The notes below the pieces were generated by a model, which saw nothing but the letters and a program-made list of their open reading frames with translations, made no database searches and was not told the DNA's origin. From NCBI GenBank assembly GCA_040217195.1, contig JAVJNR010000003.1:783448-847447 (forward strand): a stretch of 64,000 bases of DNA. The letters are read 5' to 3'. A program made the position numbers and the translations under genes. Origin of the DNA: Leptospiraceae bacterium. Its GTDB lineage: Bacteria; Spirochaetota; Leptospiria; Leptospirales; Leptonemataceae. This document shows, piece after piece, positions 18,593-28,292 of the stretch (the stretch's first letter is position 1; each line of letters begins with the position of its first letter).

Positions 18593-19918
18593 CTACTGGC
18601 TGGAAGGCAAGCCAAATTGAACCTGATTTCCGCCCCTGGACTTGGCTGCGTACATAGCCTCATCTGCCGCATCGTTCAATTCCTGAGCTCCGGGATGATC
18701 CGGAAAAAAAGTCAGACCGCAACTGAAGCTGCACTGGAACTGATAATTATGATAGCTGTGTACAACGTTGGAGAAATCCTCCCGGATTTCATCCAGCCGG
18801 TGACGAATTTCATCTTTTGATAATCCGGTGATAATAACTGCAAACTCTTCACCACCATATCGGCCCACAACATCGACTCTTCGAACACGTTGTTTGAGTA
18901 GTCTGGCCAGGTTCTGAATGACTCGATCACCGGCTGAATGCCCATAGGAATCGTTCACATGTTTGAACTTATCGATGTCTATCATGGCAAATCCCATCTG
19001 CTCGGCTTGCCGCTGACATCTTAGAACTTCGAGCTCCAGTTTCTTTCTAGTCGTTGTATGATTAAAAAGACCGGTAAGGCTATCACGAACGGTTTGAGAG
19101 ATAACTGTACGATAACGCTCCACTCGCAATGCAATGGATCTATATAGATCCCCTGGATCTATGGAAGAAGAAAGGATTTCATCCCCTCCGCGCTTTAGCG
19201 CTGCCTGAGTCTTGACTGGATCGGTCTCGGTGGACTGAAATAGAATCGGAAGTCCACCATAACCATCTTGCTGACGAATGACGGCTGAAAGCTCCATTCC
19301 CAGGCATTCCGGATAATATAGATCCAGAAGGACCAGCTCTGGATCAAATTCCAGCAAAGCATCAAATATCTGATCTGGATGCTTCAATCGGTAAATACTA
19401 ACGTCTGGAGAATCATCCAGTACCTGCACTGAAGCATTGTTTGTGGCAGGACCGGTCACTACCATCACTCTGTAAGGATCAGGGACCAGGGAATCGGTCA
19501 GCCGATCCAAAACTTCCACAATACTAAATAAATCCACTGGTTTTTGAAAATAAAAATCCCCACCGAACCGGACAGCCTGTAACCTTGAAAGGAATCCATT
19601 TTCATTGGATACAATCAAAACTGGAACAGCCTGTTGCCTAAATAGCTTGAGTTCTGCAAGGGTCATTGGATTTTCATCATGAGCTTCTGAAAGGTCAGCA
19701 ATGATGGCCAGTGGAACTTTGGCCTGCATAGCAACTCTGGCAGCGTCCAGGTCTGGAAAAGGCAGGATATCAAAGCCATAGTTGGCTAACTGATCAGAAA
19801 GATCGTTTCTGAGTTCATTATCCAGGGAAATCAGGAAAACCAGTCGGTTGGTAGACTCGTCTATTGGCTGCATGCCTGAGGTTTCCGAATGATCGCTCTT
19901 TTGCTCAAGTGAATCCAT
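18593..19918 (-). CDS. REC-REC-GGDEF diguanylate cyclase
   Basis: Two receiver-like domains; DSLTGLFN, DIDKFKHVNDSYGH, RRVD I-site, RYGGEEF; start could be 19873. Confidence 0.92.
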   Translation of the reverse strand: MDSLEQKSDHSETSGMQPIDESTNRLVFLISLDNELRNDLSDQLANYGFDILPFPDLDAARVAMQAKVPLAIIADLSEAHDENPMTLAELKLFRQQAVPVLIVSNENGFLSRLQAVRFGGDFYFQKPVDLFSIVEVLDRLTDSLVPDPYRVMVVTGPATNNASVQVLDDSPDVSIYRLKHPDQIFDALLEFDPELVLLDLYYPECLGMELSAVIRQQDGYGGLPILFQSTETDPVKTQAALKRGGDEILSSSIDPGDLYRSIALRVERYRTVISQTVRDSLTGLFNHTTTRKKLELEVLRCQRQAEQMGFAMIDIDKFKHVNDSYGHSAGDRVIQNLARLLKQRVRRVDVVGRYGGEEFAVIITGLSKDEIRHRLDEIREDFSNVVHSYHNYQFQCSFSCGLTFFPDHPGAQELNDAADEAMYAAKSRGGNQVQFGLPSSQ

Positions 19919-22900
19919 GAGATTGGTATACTACATTCTATTTGCAGCGGTCTCAGCCGCAATCGTTTCTCCTTTACAGGCCCGGGAGGACTGGTCGGAC
20001 CTTCATCCAGAACCAGAGACCTATTACGGGTCGGAAAAAGCCCGGAAAGTACCGGTGGATGCAATTCTCTGGGTTCAGGAAGACTGGGAAGGACATTATT
20101 CGAATAAGCTTTTCTGGTTGTATAAGCATACAGATTATCCACGCTTTCGATCCACCAGACTCTTTCCTTTCTATTACAGCCTGGACAGCAAGATCGATGA
20201 ACGCGAGAGCCTTTTTGTTATGCCCTTTCCGGGACTCTTCTATCATCGAAGATTTGATTCGGATGAGACCAGAATCAATACTACCTTCTGGTTTTCCAGA
20301 ATAGACCGTAGATCCAACAAGATATGGGATCTATACTTATTCCTTTTCTATTCCTCGGAGGAAGGTCCCAGGTCCGACCGAGACTTTGATCATGCCTTCT
20401 TCCCTCTTTATTATGGAGGGTCCAATCCTGCCAGAGGAGAAAGCTACAGCACACTCTTACCACTCTATTACTATGAGTCAAGGTCCCACTCCGGGCAGGA
20501 TTATTTCTCGATCATTCTTCCGCTACTCTACTACGAAAGCGACGATGGCCCCGGTCGAGAATCAAGCACACATTTTAGCCCCTTACATTACCATGATGCA
20601 GACCGCGCAACGAATGCTAACGGAACTGAAAGCTATTCCGTGAGCACCGGTTTTCCGATTCTTCCCTTTCTGTATGCCACCGAGCAAACCGAAAACTCCA
20701 GCGATACGAACTACCTGACTATTTTTAATGCCACCAGTGATGAAGACAGCTCTTCCTATTCATCGCCCTTTTATTACCTGGAGAGTAATCCTGACTACAG
20801 TGTGCGATGGCTACCCTTCTATTTCGAGGACACGCGCGAAGATGGGTACTTTCATTTACCCCCTCTCTGGTTTAGCGACCGAGAACCAGAAGGAGATACT
20901 AATTTCAGCGCACTGCATTATTATAGCGAGGATGGAGATTCTTCCATTCTCGGATTTCCGATAATACCTGTAATCTATGCTTCTAAATCGGAGCCCGGTT
21001 ATAGCCGCCACAACGTTCTCACTGTTTTTTACTGGGATAGCAGTCCGGATAGTAGCACGACCTTCGTTCCTCCGTATTATCACTCCAGGGAAAAGCTAAG
21101 TTCTGCAGGCCTGGAAGCCGTGGCCGCCGTTTCGCGAAAGGATGAGCTACCACCGTTTCGTTCCATAAGGAATCCTGGCGATAGTCCAGTGGTTGGGAGC
21201 CGGAGTCAGGACTCCGATGCAGGTTTCGTGGATCATTACAATCTGGCTCTATTGCTGGATTGGGAAAGCTCCAATGGGTCCATGGATCGCTTCTTCTTCC
21301 TTCCATTATATTTTCAGGGATTTGCGAACCCAGGCAACAACCAGGAATCCTACGCCTATTTCATCCCTTTGTATTTTCAGAATAGCACACCGAACTCCTT
21401 TAACACCTGGGGCCCCTTGCACTATTATAATGAGGAACCAGAAGAGAAATCCTTCTTCTTGCCTCTTCTTCCCGTTCTATATGCCTACAGAACCGATGGA
21501 AACACAACAAAGCGGAACTATCTTACCTTTTTCTACACTCGCGATGGAGAAGATGGCTATCTTCGATTCTTACCTCCGTATTACCACTCGCATGATATAG
21601 AGTCTGAGTCCACAGGCCTGGTTCGAAAGGATCATTACAATATCTTGCTTATAACTAACTGGAATAGCAAAAACGATGAACTTCAAGACTTCTTTCTGGC
21701 CCCTCTGTATTTCTGGAAAGACGGGGAAAAAGGTTACACTCATGTAGTCCCATTTTATTTTGAAGATCGCAGCCCGGAAAGGGAACTGAACTTTGGGCCG
21801 GCGCACTTTTTTCGAAAGGATGAAACTACAGAGTATCTATGGGTCCTTCCTTATTACTCCTGGATTAACAAGGAAGAATCCGCTTCTAGCGGAAATGTTC
21901 TGATTCCATTGTACTTCAACTATGAAGATCCAGTAAAAAATTATCACGTTAACCTGGGTGGTATATCTCTCTCCGAAGAAAGCCTGGATGTCCGAGTAAA
22001 CACTGTAACAGGGGAAACGAAAGCTGTGTCGGTGCTGGATACTGACATTGGGTGGCTCTACAATTTATTCAGCTATTCGGCCCGTATTCCATTACAGGAG
22101 ACCGACGATACCCGCGTACGAACTTCAGAAACAGTACAGGATATACCTGAAGGATCGCAGATACTTTCTGTGGACACGTTTGATCCAGATGAAGTGGGTA
22201 CCGAGCAGCCAGAACTAATTGAAACAGAGCAAGGAGTGGCCATCAAGAAGGATACTTCCATCAATCGAGAGAATTCAATTCGATTCTCCGGCTGGAGCGT
22301 TCTATTTGGACTGTTCGCTCGGGAAACTGCAGATACAAGACATCATGCAAGGGCTTTACCTCTGTTCTGGTTAAGCTGGGACGATGCTTCGGCCGACCAG
22401 GTAACTGTTATTCCAGGGGCCTATATGAGCTACGATGAGGCACCGGAGCATTATTTCGTTTTATTTCCTCTATTTATTCCGGTGTACGCTTCCCAGGAAA
22501 CTCCTGACTACATTCTACATTCCTATGGCCTGTTCCTGTATCTGGATGAGGAGGACAAGATTGCAAAAAGGACAGAAACCAGTATTGTCTGGCCACTTTA
22601 TAATGAGTACGATTCACCGGATGAATCCGGTAGTCGACTATTACCAGTCTATTATAACAAGAGAGAGAAGTACGAAGACGGCAAGAGCTACTCTGAGTAT
22701 AGCATAACTCCCATTTCCTACTCCAGCGAAGCCCAGTATTATGAGGGGAACTCAAACACACCGGATAGAATAACCAGTTCTTTCTATTCGCCTCTTTATT
22801 TGTCATCGAGTCTGCACTACAGAAAGTACGATGAAAGCTGGTCCTTCTTTCCCATTCCAATGTACTATTCCGGCGTAGAAGGAAACCAGAAGACTCAGAA

Positions 22901-24485
22901 CCTTCTATTACTGGCCCATCGAGAGAGTACTGTGGAATCAGATGAAAGCACTACCACTCAGCATGCCCGCCTGTTTCCTATTTTCTTTTACGGATCGGAT
23001 TATCACTCGGTTTTTCCTCTGTACTATTATGGCGAAAGTGGACCCCGGGACTCCACGTTTATCTCTCCTATCTATTGGAATGATTCTTATGGAGGAAGCA
23101 CAGATCACCGTTTGCTCTGGCTAATCAGCTGGCAAAGTGGAGATAGTGCCTCCAACGATGCCACAGTTTTTCCAGTCTTCTACTACGAGGAAAACGACCA
23201 TCTGGTACTGTTTCCTCTTTATTTCGGCTTTGGACCTTCCGGATCCAGGACCCACTGGGGGCCTCTGTACTACTACGAAAACACTTCAAACTCTGTGGAC
23301 TGGCTGGTAGGGCCGGTATATTATTCTAACGAGAAAAATGCAGGCGACGATTCCAGCTTTCATCTACTTCCTCTGGTATTCAACTGGTGGGAGGGAGACT
23401 CCTATACCGGTTTCTACGGAATCTTCTACTACAATTCGTCTCCGGATTACAGCAAACAATACATCCCCCTTCTTTACGAAAATGAATGGAGTGGCTCCGG
23501 CAAAAGACGATCCGTTTCATTCCTGCTCAATAGTTTCTACTACGAGAATGATCCCTACAAAACGGACTTTGGCATTCTGTATCGCATCTTGATGGGATAC
23601 GAATCCGGCAACTATCCACAGTCCAGCAGTCGGCCCGGAGGGTCCTCAGACTGGAATTTCAATCTGCTTTCGTTTGTAATCGCAGATGGAGGTAACGACT
23701 ACCACAATAGCTTTTTGCCTCTGTACTGGTATGAAAGCGATACAAACTCCACGTCCTTTCATTTCATTCCTCTGCTAACATTCAACAACTGGGAAGGGGA
23801 ACGATACACTGGCTTCCAGGGACCCGTTTATATTGAAAAAGACGGAGAAAATTACGATAGGTATTATACCCCTCTTCTATTCGAGTCTGAATGGTATACC
23901 GGCTCGGGCAGCACAGACCATGGAAAAACGGATTTTCTTCTGGGTTCCATGTATTATGAGAAAACCAGAGATTATACAGAAACCGCTTTGTTATGGCGCG
24001 CTCTGGGAGGCTACCAATCCTACAGTGGAAGCGATCGATGGAATGCAAACCTACTCACTTTCGTAATGGCGGACCGGGATCAGGGATGGCATCATAGCTT
24101 CCTACCGCTCTACTATATGGATACGGATGGATCTAATATGGATGCATGGATACCTCCATTGCTGGGCTGGTCCTTCTCCTCTCCGTCTGAAACGTCCGAA
24201 GGCCTGGGCCTGGGTTTACTCTGGTACCGATCCAGAGATGTGGCGGAAAGAAAACACTTTAGAAGTATTCTATTGGGTGGTCTGGTTTACTACGACCGCT
24301 ATCGAGGGCGTCAAAACGAATTCCGGGAATGGGGAAGCGTCTATGGATTTCTATGGGACTACGAAACAGAGCCCGGAGCCGGATACGAAAAATTCTCAAT
24401 TCTAAAATTCATTTTCTCTCGAACTCGTAATGAGGGGAAAATCACCTATCGAGTACTATTCGTTCCCATTGAATTCGATGAGTAA
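19917..24485 (+). CDS. Very large secreted or outer-membrane protein with aromatic PLYY-type repeats
   Basis: Signal peptide (SPLQA); dozens of (F/L)xP(L/F)(Y/F)(Y/F) motifs over 1522 aa. Confidence 0.75.
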   Translation: MRLVYYILFAAVSAAIVSPLQAREDWSDLHPEPETYYGSEKARKVPVDAILWVQEDWEGHYSNKLFWLYKHTDYPRFRSTRLFPFYYSLDSKIDERESLFVMPFPGLFYHRRFDSDETRINTTFWFSRIDRRSNKIWDLYLFLFYSSEEGPRSDRDFDHAFFPLYYGGSNPARGESYSTLLPLYYYESRSHSGQDYFSIILPLLYYESDDGPGRESSTHFSPLHYHDADRATNANGTESYSVSTGFPILPFLYATEQTENSSDTNYLTIFNATSDEDSSSYSSPFYYLESNPDYSVRWLPFYFEDTREDGYFHLPPLWFSDREPEGDTNFSALHYYSEDGDSSILGFPIIPVIYASKSEPGYSRHNVLTVFYWDSSPDSSTTFVPPYYHSREKLSSAGLEAVAAVSRKDELPPFRSIRNPGDSPVVGSRSQDSDAGFVDHYNLALLLDWESSNGSMDRFFFLPLYFQGFANPGNNQESYAYFIPLYFQNSTPNSFNTWGPLHYYNEEPEEKSFFLPLLPVLYAYRTDGNTTKRNYLTFFYTRDGEDGYLRFLPPYYHSHDIESESTGLVRKDHYNILLITNWNSKNDELQDFFLAPLYFWKDGEKGYTHVVPFYFEDRSPERELNFGPAHFFRKDETTEYLWVLPYYSWINKEESASSGNVLIPLYFNYEDPVKNYHVNLGGISLSEESLDVRVNTVTGETKAVSVLDTDIGWLYNLFSYSARIPLQETDDTRVRTSETVQDIPEGSQILSVDTFDPDEVGTEQPELIETEQGVAIKKDTSINRENSIRFSGWSVLFGLFARETADTRHHARALPLFWLSWDDASADQVTVIPGAYMSYDEAPEHYFVLFPLFIPVYASQETPDYILHSYGLFLYLDEEDKIAKRTETSIVWPLYNEYDSPDESGSRLLPVYYNKREKYEDGKSYSEYSITPISYSSEAQYYEGNSNTPDRITSSFYSPLYLSSSLHYRKYDESWSFFPIPMYYSGVEGNQKTQNLLLLAHRESTVESDESTTTQHARLFPIFFYGSDYHSVFPLYYYGESGPRDSTFISPIYWNDSYGGSTDHRLLWLISWQSGDSASNDATVFPVFYYEENDHLVLFPLYFGFGPSGSRTHWGPLYYYENTSNSVDWLVGPVYYSNEKNAGDDSSFHLLPLVFNWWEGDSYTGFYGIFYYNSSPDYSKQYIPLLYENEWSGSGKRRSVSFLLNSFYYENDPYKTDFGILYRILMGYESGNYPQSSSRPGGSSDWNFNLLSFVIADGGNDYHNSFLPLYWYESDTNSTSFHFIPLLTFNNWEGERYTGFQGPVYIEKDGENYDRYYTPLLFESEWYTGSGSTDHGKTDFLLGSMYYEKTRDYTETALLWRALGGYQSYSGSDRWNANLLTFVMADRDQGWHHSFLPLYYMDTDGSNMDAWIPPLLGWSFSSPSETSEGLGLGLLWYRSRDVAERKHFRSILLGGLVYYDRYRGRQNEFREWGSVYGFLWDYETEPGAGYEKFSILKFIFSRTRNEGKITYRVLFVPIEFDE

Positions 24486-24803
24486 GGAAGCAAAATAAAT
24501 CCATAGATCGGCGAACTCTACTCTACATGTTTGTTCGAAGACAGAAATCCAATCAGCCCGAGGAACAAAATGGGTAGCGAAGACTGGACAGATTCCAGGC
24601 AACGCTACCCTGTAATCAGATTGCGAATCTACTGGCAACCTTTGTGTCTCTGAACTCTTTACGGGGATCTTTCTGGCAGACTAGATCCAATCCTGGCTAT
24701 CGATTGTTCTACAATTTACCACCGGGCCACTTGCTCGCTGGCTGGCGCACTTGAGCTTTCGGTTTCAGCTCATTGCGTTGCCGTGCTATGTGGACAGCAG
24801 ATT

Positions 24804-24834
24804 AAAAAAAGCAACGACGGGCTCCCGGGAGCCC
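24804..24834 (-). terminator. Possible intrinsic terminator of the ACT-domain gene
   Basis: GGGCTCC/GGAGCCC inverted repeat just past the stop, followed on - strand by a T7 run 8 nt away. Confidence 0.4.
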
Positions 24835-24839
24835 TGCAA

Positions 24840-25496
24840 TTAGATCAAATACCGAAGCTCTTCGGTCAATCGGGTTCTAAACTCTCGATTGCGAAATCGA
24901 ATATCAGAGCTATCAATCAGAAACAGATTATGCACCTGAGCTTTCTCATCTGTAAAGATGGATGCTTCCAAAATACTGATGTCCATTAGATAGAATGCCT
25001 GAGAAAGAGCCAGCAGCAGACCGGCTTTGTCCTGACCTCGAACCTCAATAACAACCTCTTCATCTAGATCGCGAATAAATACCTGACCTTCACCGTAGCC
25101 GATTTCAGGTCTGGGAGCTTCTCTGGCATGCTCGGTTAAATATCCAAGAACAGACACTCCATCGAAGAGTAACCTTTCCAGGTCATCGATCATCATCTTC
25201 AATGCATTCTCATCCAGCTCCTGGCCAGACTCCCCTGCACGAATTAAAAATTCATCGCTAATCAATGCGCGCTCAGGAGTATTAATTTTGGCCTCCATTA
25301 CGCTCCAATTATGACAATAGAGCACCGCTGCCAGGCGAAACAATACGCCCACTTCATTTCCGTCGGATTCAATTTTTACCCTGTACCCGGCGGGCTCCTT
25401 CAGAACTCCCACGTCCAGTCGATGACCCGATCGACCGGCAACGCGAGAGAAAATGGCTCTCTCTGAGGATTCCATGACACTACGACTTCCTTCCAT
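24840..25496 (-). CDS. Stand-alone tandem ACT-domain protein (GlnD C-terminus-like)
   Basis: GVLFRLAAVL..AKINT..DEF and IEVRGQDKAGLL..LSQAF..SI.EASI.T; start 25496 or 25475. Confidence 0.7.
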   Translation of the reverse strand: MEGSRSVMESSERAIFSRVAGRSGHRLDVGVLKEPAGYRVKIESDGNEVGVLFRLAAVLYCHNWSVMEAKINTPERALISDEFLIRAGESGQELDENALKMMIDDLERLLFDGVSVLGYLTEHAREAPRPEIGYGEGQVFIRDLDEEVVIEVRGQDKAGLLLALSQAFYLMDISILEASIFTDEKAQVHNLFLIDSSDIRFRNREFRTRLTEELRYLI

Positions 25497-25810
25497 ATTC
25501 CTAACATTCGTTATAGCTAGATCCATCTGCACAATGTGAATGAATCCGCATGCGAATATCTGCAATTGCTGTGCCAGGCCGCCCCGGAGATATACTGAAG
25601 AAACTGCAAGTTTTACGGGCATTCGGAGAAAAAGTTTTATAAATCTACTTAATGAATGCCACTTTTTGTGGCACCTTGCCCGGTGAGAGTTTTGACGCAC
25701 TGCAACATGGACCAGGATTTCCGGACGTCAGGTAACCAGCCTTTCGAATTTGCGTCTGCGTGTGTAACTCTAAAATCTCTGGAAAGCTACAGAATCATCC
25801 CGGCGCAATT

Positions 25811-27124
25811 TCATTTATAGGGGTTTTCTTCAGAGGCACCGGAGCCTCCAGGAGACCGAGGGGGAAGCAATCCATCGGGATCGGCATTGCCAGACTCTGT
25901 TTTTCTATCTGCAGTTGGCAATTTTCCAGAACCGCCACCCATTCGAATCTTTTCATAGCGAATACCAAATGCTGTGGTATTCGTGAGAAGATAGTCAGAA
26001 AGGGCCGTCAGATCATCATCGTTGCAGATGAATGCCAGCCCCAGACCAGGTTTACCTTTTGCATCTTTTCTCTGATAGAGTCTCACTTCCGATGCACCTT
26101 GCTTCTCCAGCTCATCTAGAATGCCCGCCATCTTTTCCGGAGACGTGGGGCTCAACCCACATCGTACATCGTATTGAATGGAAACGTAGCCCTCTGGCTC
26201 TCGGCGAGACTCACTGTACAGTCCTGGATCAGTGGTTTTATCCAGCAGCACTACGCGAAACAAGTTGGCGAATTCATCGGAATCAAACTTCCCTCCTCCA
26301 ACGCCCATGTACCTGACTCGTCCTTCAGGCCAGGTAGGCAGGAATTGAGGATCTGTGGCTCTCAATATAGACAGCCCGGTGGGTGTGGAAAGCTCCCTCA
26401 AAGCATCCGAAAGATTGGCCTTTAAATTTTGTACGGGCAATCCCCTGAACAATTCAGCTGTAGGGTGAACCGGATGTCTTTCTCCGTCATGCAACCCTCC
26501 TCCAGAACGCACCGGGGAAGCGTAGAAGGAGGTGGCTTCGCTTCGACGAAGGCAGTGGGCTGCAAAGACCGCATCAATAAGCAGGTCCACCACTTCCTCC
26601 GCTTCATAGAGGGATTGCAATGCTGGATCGTTTGGGTCGATGGCATCCTGCAGGGAATCTGGTTGTTTATATCCGGAGGGCTGAGCGGTTCCGATAGAAT
26701 TCGCTTCGCTGGATACCACTGAAGAATTCTCTTCATTGACTCTGGCGGCCACTCCACGACCGGAATAGGGCTTTCCCATTCGCATGGAAGCATGGATTAA
26801 GAGCACTTCTCGGGCCAGTCGCAGGGTCTGGCTTTCCAGTGTCAGGCCTGCAATGTATTCAATCATTTCGTACATTCGCAATCGACCATCGGCTCTGAAA
26901 TGAAATCTCTGCTTCCAGGCATCGGAGGCTACATTAACTTCAAGATAAGAGCAGGGGATGCCCCTTCTTCGTGTTTCCTGAACTGCTATGGACACATCTG
27001 GAAGATTCAGTATCTCCAGAATATTATTCATTTCTCGCAAATCTACAATACCAGCATTCAAGAATGCTGCAGTAAACATGTCGCCGGCAATTCCACCAAC
27101 GCTTTCCAGGTATAGGGTTTTCAT
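25811..27124 (-). CDS. LarC-like (DUF111) nickel insertion protein, divergent
   Basis: MKTLYLESVGGIAGDM, ELSTPTG, GVGGGK, ANLFRVV, TTAFGIR. Confidence 0.75.
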   Translation of the reverse strand: MKTLYLESVGGIAGDMFTAAFLNAGIVDLREMNNILEILNLPDVSIAVQETRRRGIPCSYLEVNVASDAWKQRFHFRADGRLRMYEMIEYIAGLTLESQTLRLAREVLLIHASMRMGKPYSGRGVAARVNEENSSVVSSEANSIGTAQPSGYKQPDSLQDAIDPNDPALQSLYEAEEVVDLLIDAVFAAHCLRRSEATSFYASPVRSGGGLHDGERHPVHPTAELFRGLPVQNLKANLSDALRELSTPTGLSILRATDPQFLPTWPEGRVRYMGVGGGKFDSDEFANLFRVVLLDKTTDPGLYSESRREPEGYVSIQYDVRCGLSPTSPEKMAGILDELEKQGASEVRLYQRKDAKGKPGLGLAFICNDDDLTALSDYLLTNTTAFGIRYEKIRMGGGSGKLPTADRKTESGNADPDGLLPPRSPGGSGASEENPYK

Positions 27125-27182
27125 TAGCTGCTCCAGGCTGTGGCAGCATATTCCGGGATACCCGGACGAAGGCAAAGAGAAT

Positions 27183-28292
27183 TTAGCTTCGAATCCCGGG
27201 ATGCGGATCCAGTATCAAGTTGTCACGATGGATTAATTCTATGCTTTCGGAAGTGGATTGGACCAGGGCTTCTGAAGGTATTGAGGCCAGCCCCCGGGCA
27301 ATGACCATTCCGGTGGAATCCAGAACTTCCACAACATCGCCCTGACGAAAGCGACCCTGCACATCGGTAACCCCGGCCGATAACAGCGAAGCACCTCTTT
27401 CCATTAATGCACTTCGGGCTCCGCCATCAATTATGAGTTTCCCTTCTCCGGGCACGTACAGAATCCATTTTTTTCGAGCGGCCAGTCTTCTCTGCAAGTT
27501 CTGGGAAAAAGGAGGAATCAGAGTTCCCAGGTCTCTGCCTTCCATCAAAGAACGAATTGGATGTTCCTGTTTGCCAGGAAGGATAGCTGTGAAATGACCT
27601 ACCCTTTGACCCAATCGAGCCGCTTCCATTTTAGTTCTCATTCCTCCGCTGCCAGGCCCTGTGGGTCCGCCGGCATGAGAGAGTACTTCCTGGTCTACGT
27701 TTTCAATAAATGGAATTCTCTGCCCGTCTTTGAGAAATCCTTCAACGGTAGTCAGTATTATTAGACAGTCGGCATGAAATAATCCGGCGCAGGCTGCACT
27801 CAATAGATCATTATCACCAAATTTAAGCTCTTCTGTGGAAACCGTATCGTTTTCATTAATGATAGGAACAACATCCAGGGCCAGTAATTCATTGAGAGTA
27901 TGGCCAATGTTTAAATAGGCCCGGCGATCACGAAAGTCCCTGGCTGAAAAAAGCAACTGGGCAATGTGAATTCCCGATTCTGCGAAAATCCTGGAATACT
28001 CCGAGATCAAATGCACCTGACCAATGGCAGCCAGGGCCTGTTTACGGGAAATGCCGGGTTCTGCCAGAGGAGCAAAATCCTTTCTTCTCTTGAGTACTTC
28101 GCGACCTGCTCCCACAGCTCCGGAAGAAACCAGGATCACCTGAACTCCGGACCTCTTAAGATACAACACTTCGCGGGCCAGTTTCTGGATCATATCCGGC
28201 CTGAAGCCTGACTCATCTGCCAGTAGGCCAGTGCCTATCTTAATGACAATACGACGGCAATCATTCAGAGCTTTCAACTGATTCTGGCGCAT
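27183..28292 (-). CDS. proB: Glutamate 5-kinase with PUA domain
   Basis: IVIKIGT, LVSSGAV, PIINENDTV, FGDNDLL, GSGGMRTK, C-terminal PUA. Confidence 0.96.
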   Translation of the reverse strand: MRQNQLKALNDCRRIVIKIGTGLLADESGFRPDMIQKLAREVLYLKRSGVQVILVSSGAVGAGREVLKRRKDFAPLAEPGISRKQALAAIGQVHLISEYSRIFAESGIHIAQLLFSARDFRDRRAYLNIGHTLNELLALDVVPIINENDTVSTEELKFGDNDLLSAACAGLFHADCLIILTTVEGFLKDGQRIPFIENVDQEVLSHAGGPTGPGSGGMRTKMEAARLGQRVGHFTAILPGKQEHPIRSLMEGRDLGTLIPPFSQNLQRRLAARKKWILYVPGEGKLIIDGGARSALMERGASLLSAGVTDVQGRFRQGDVVEVLDSTGMVIARGLASIPSEALVQSTSESIELIHRDNLILDPHPGIRS

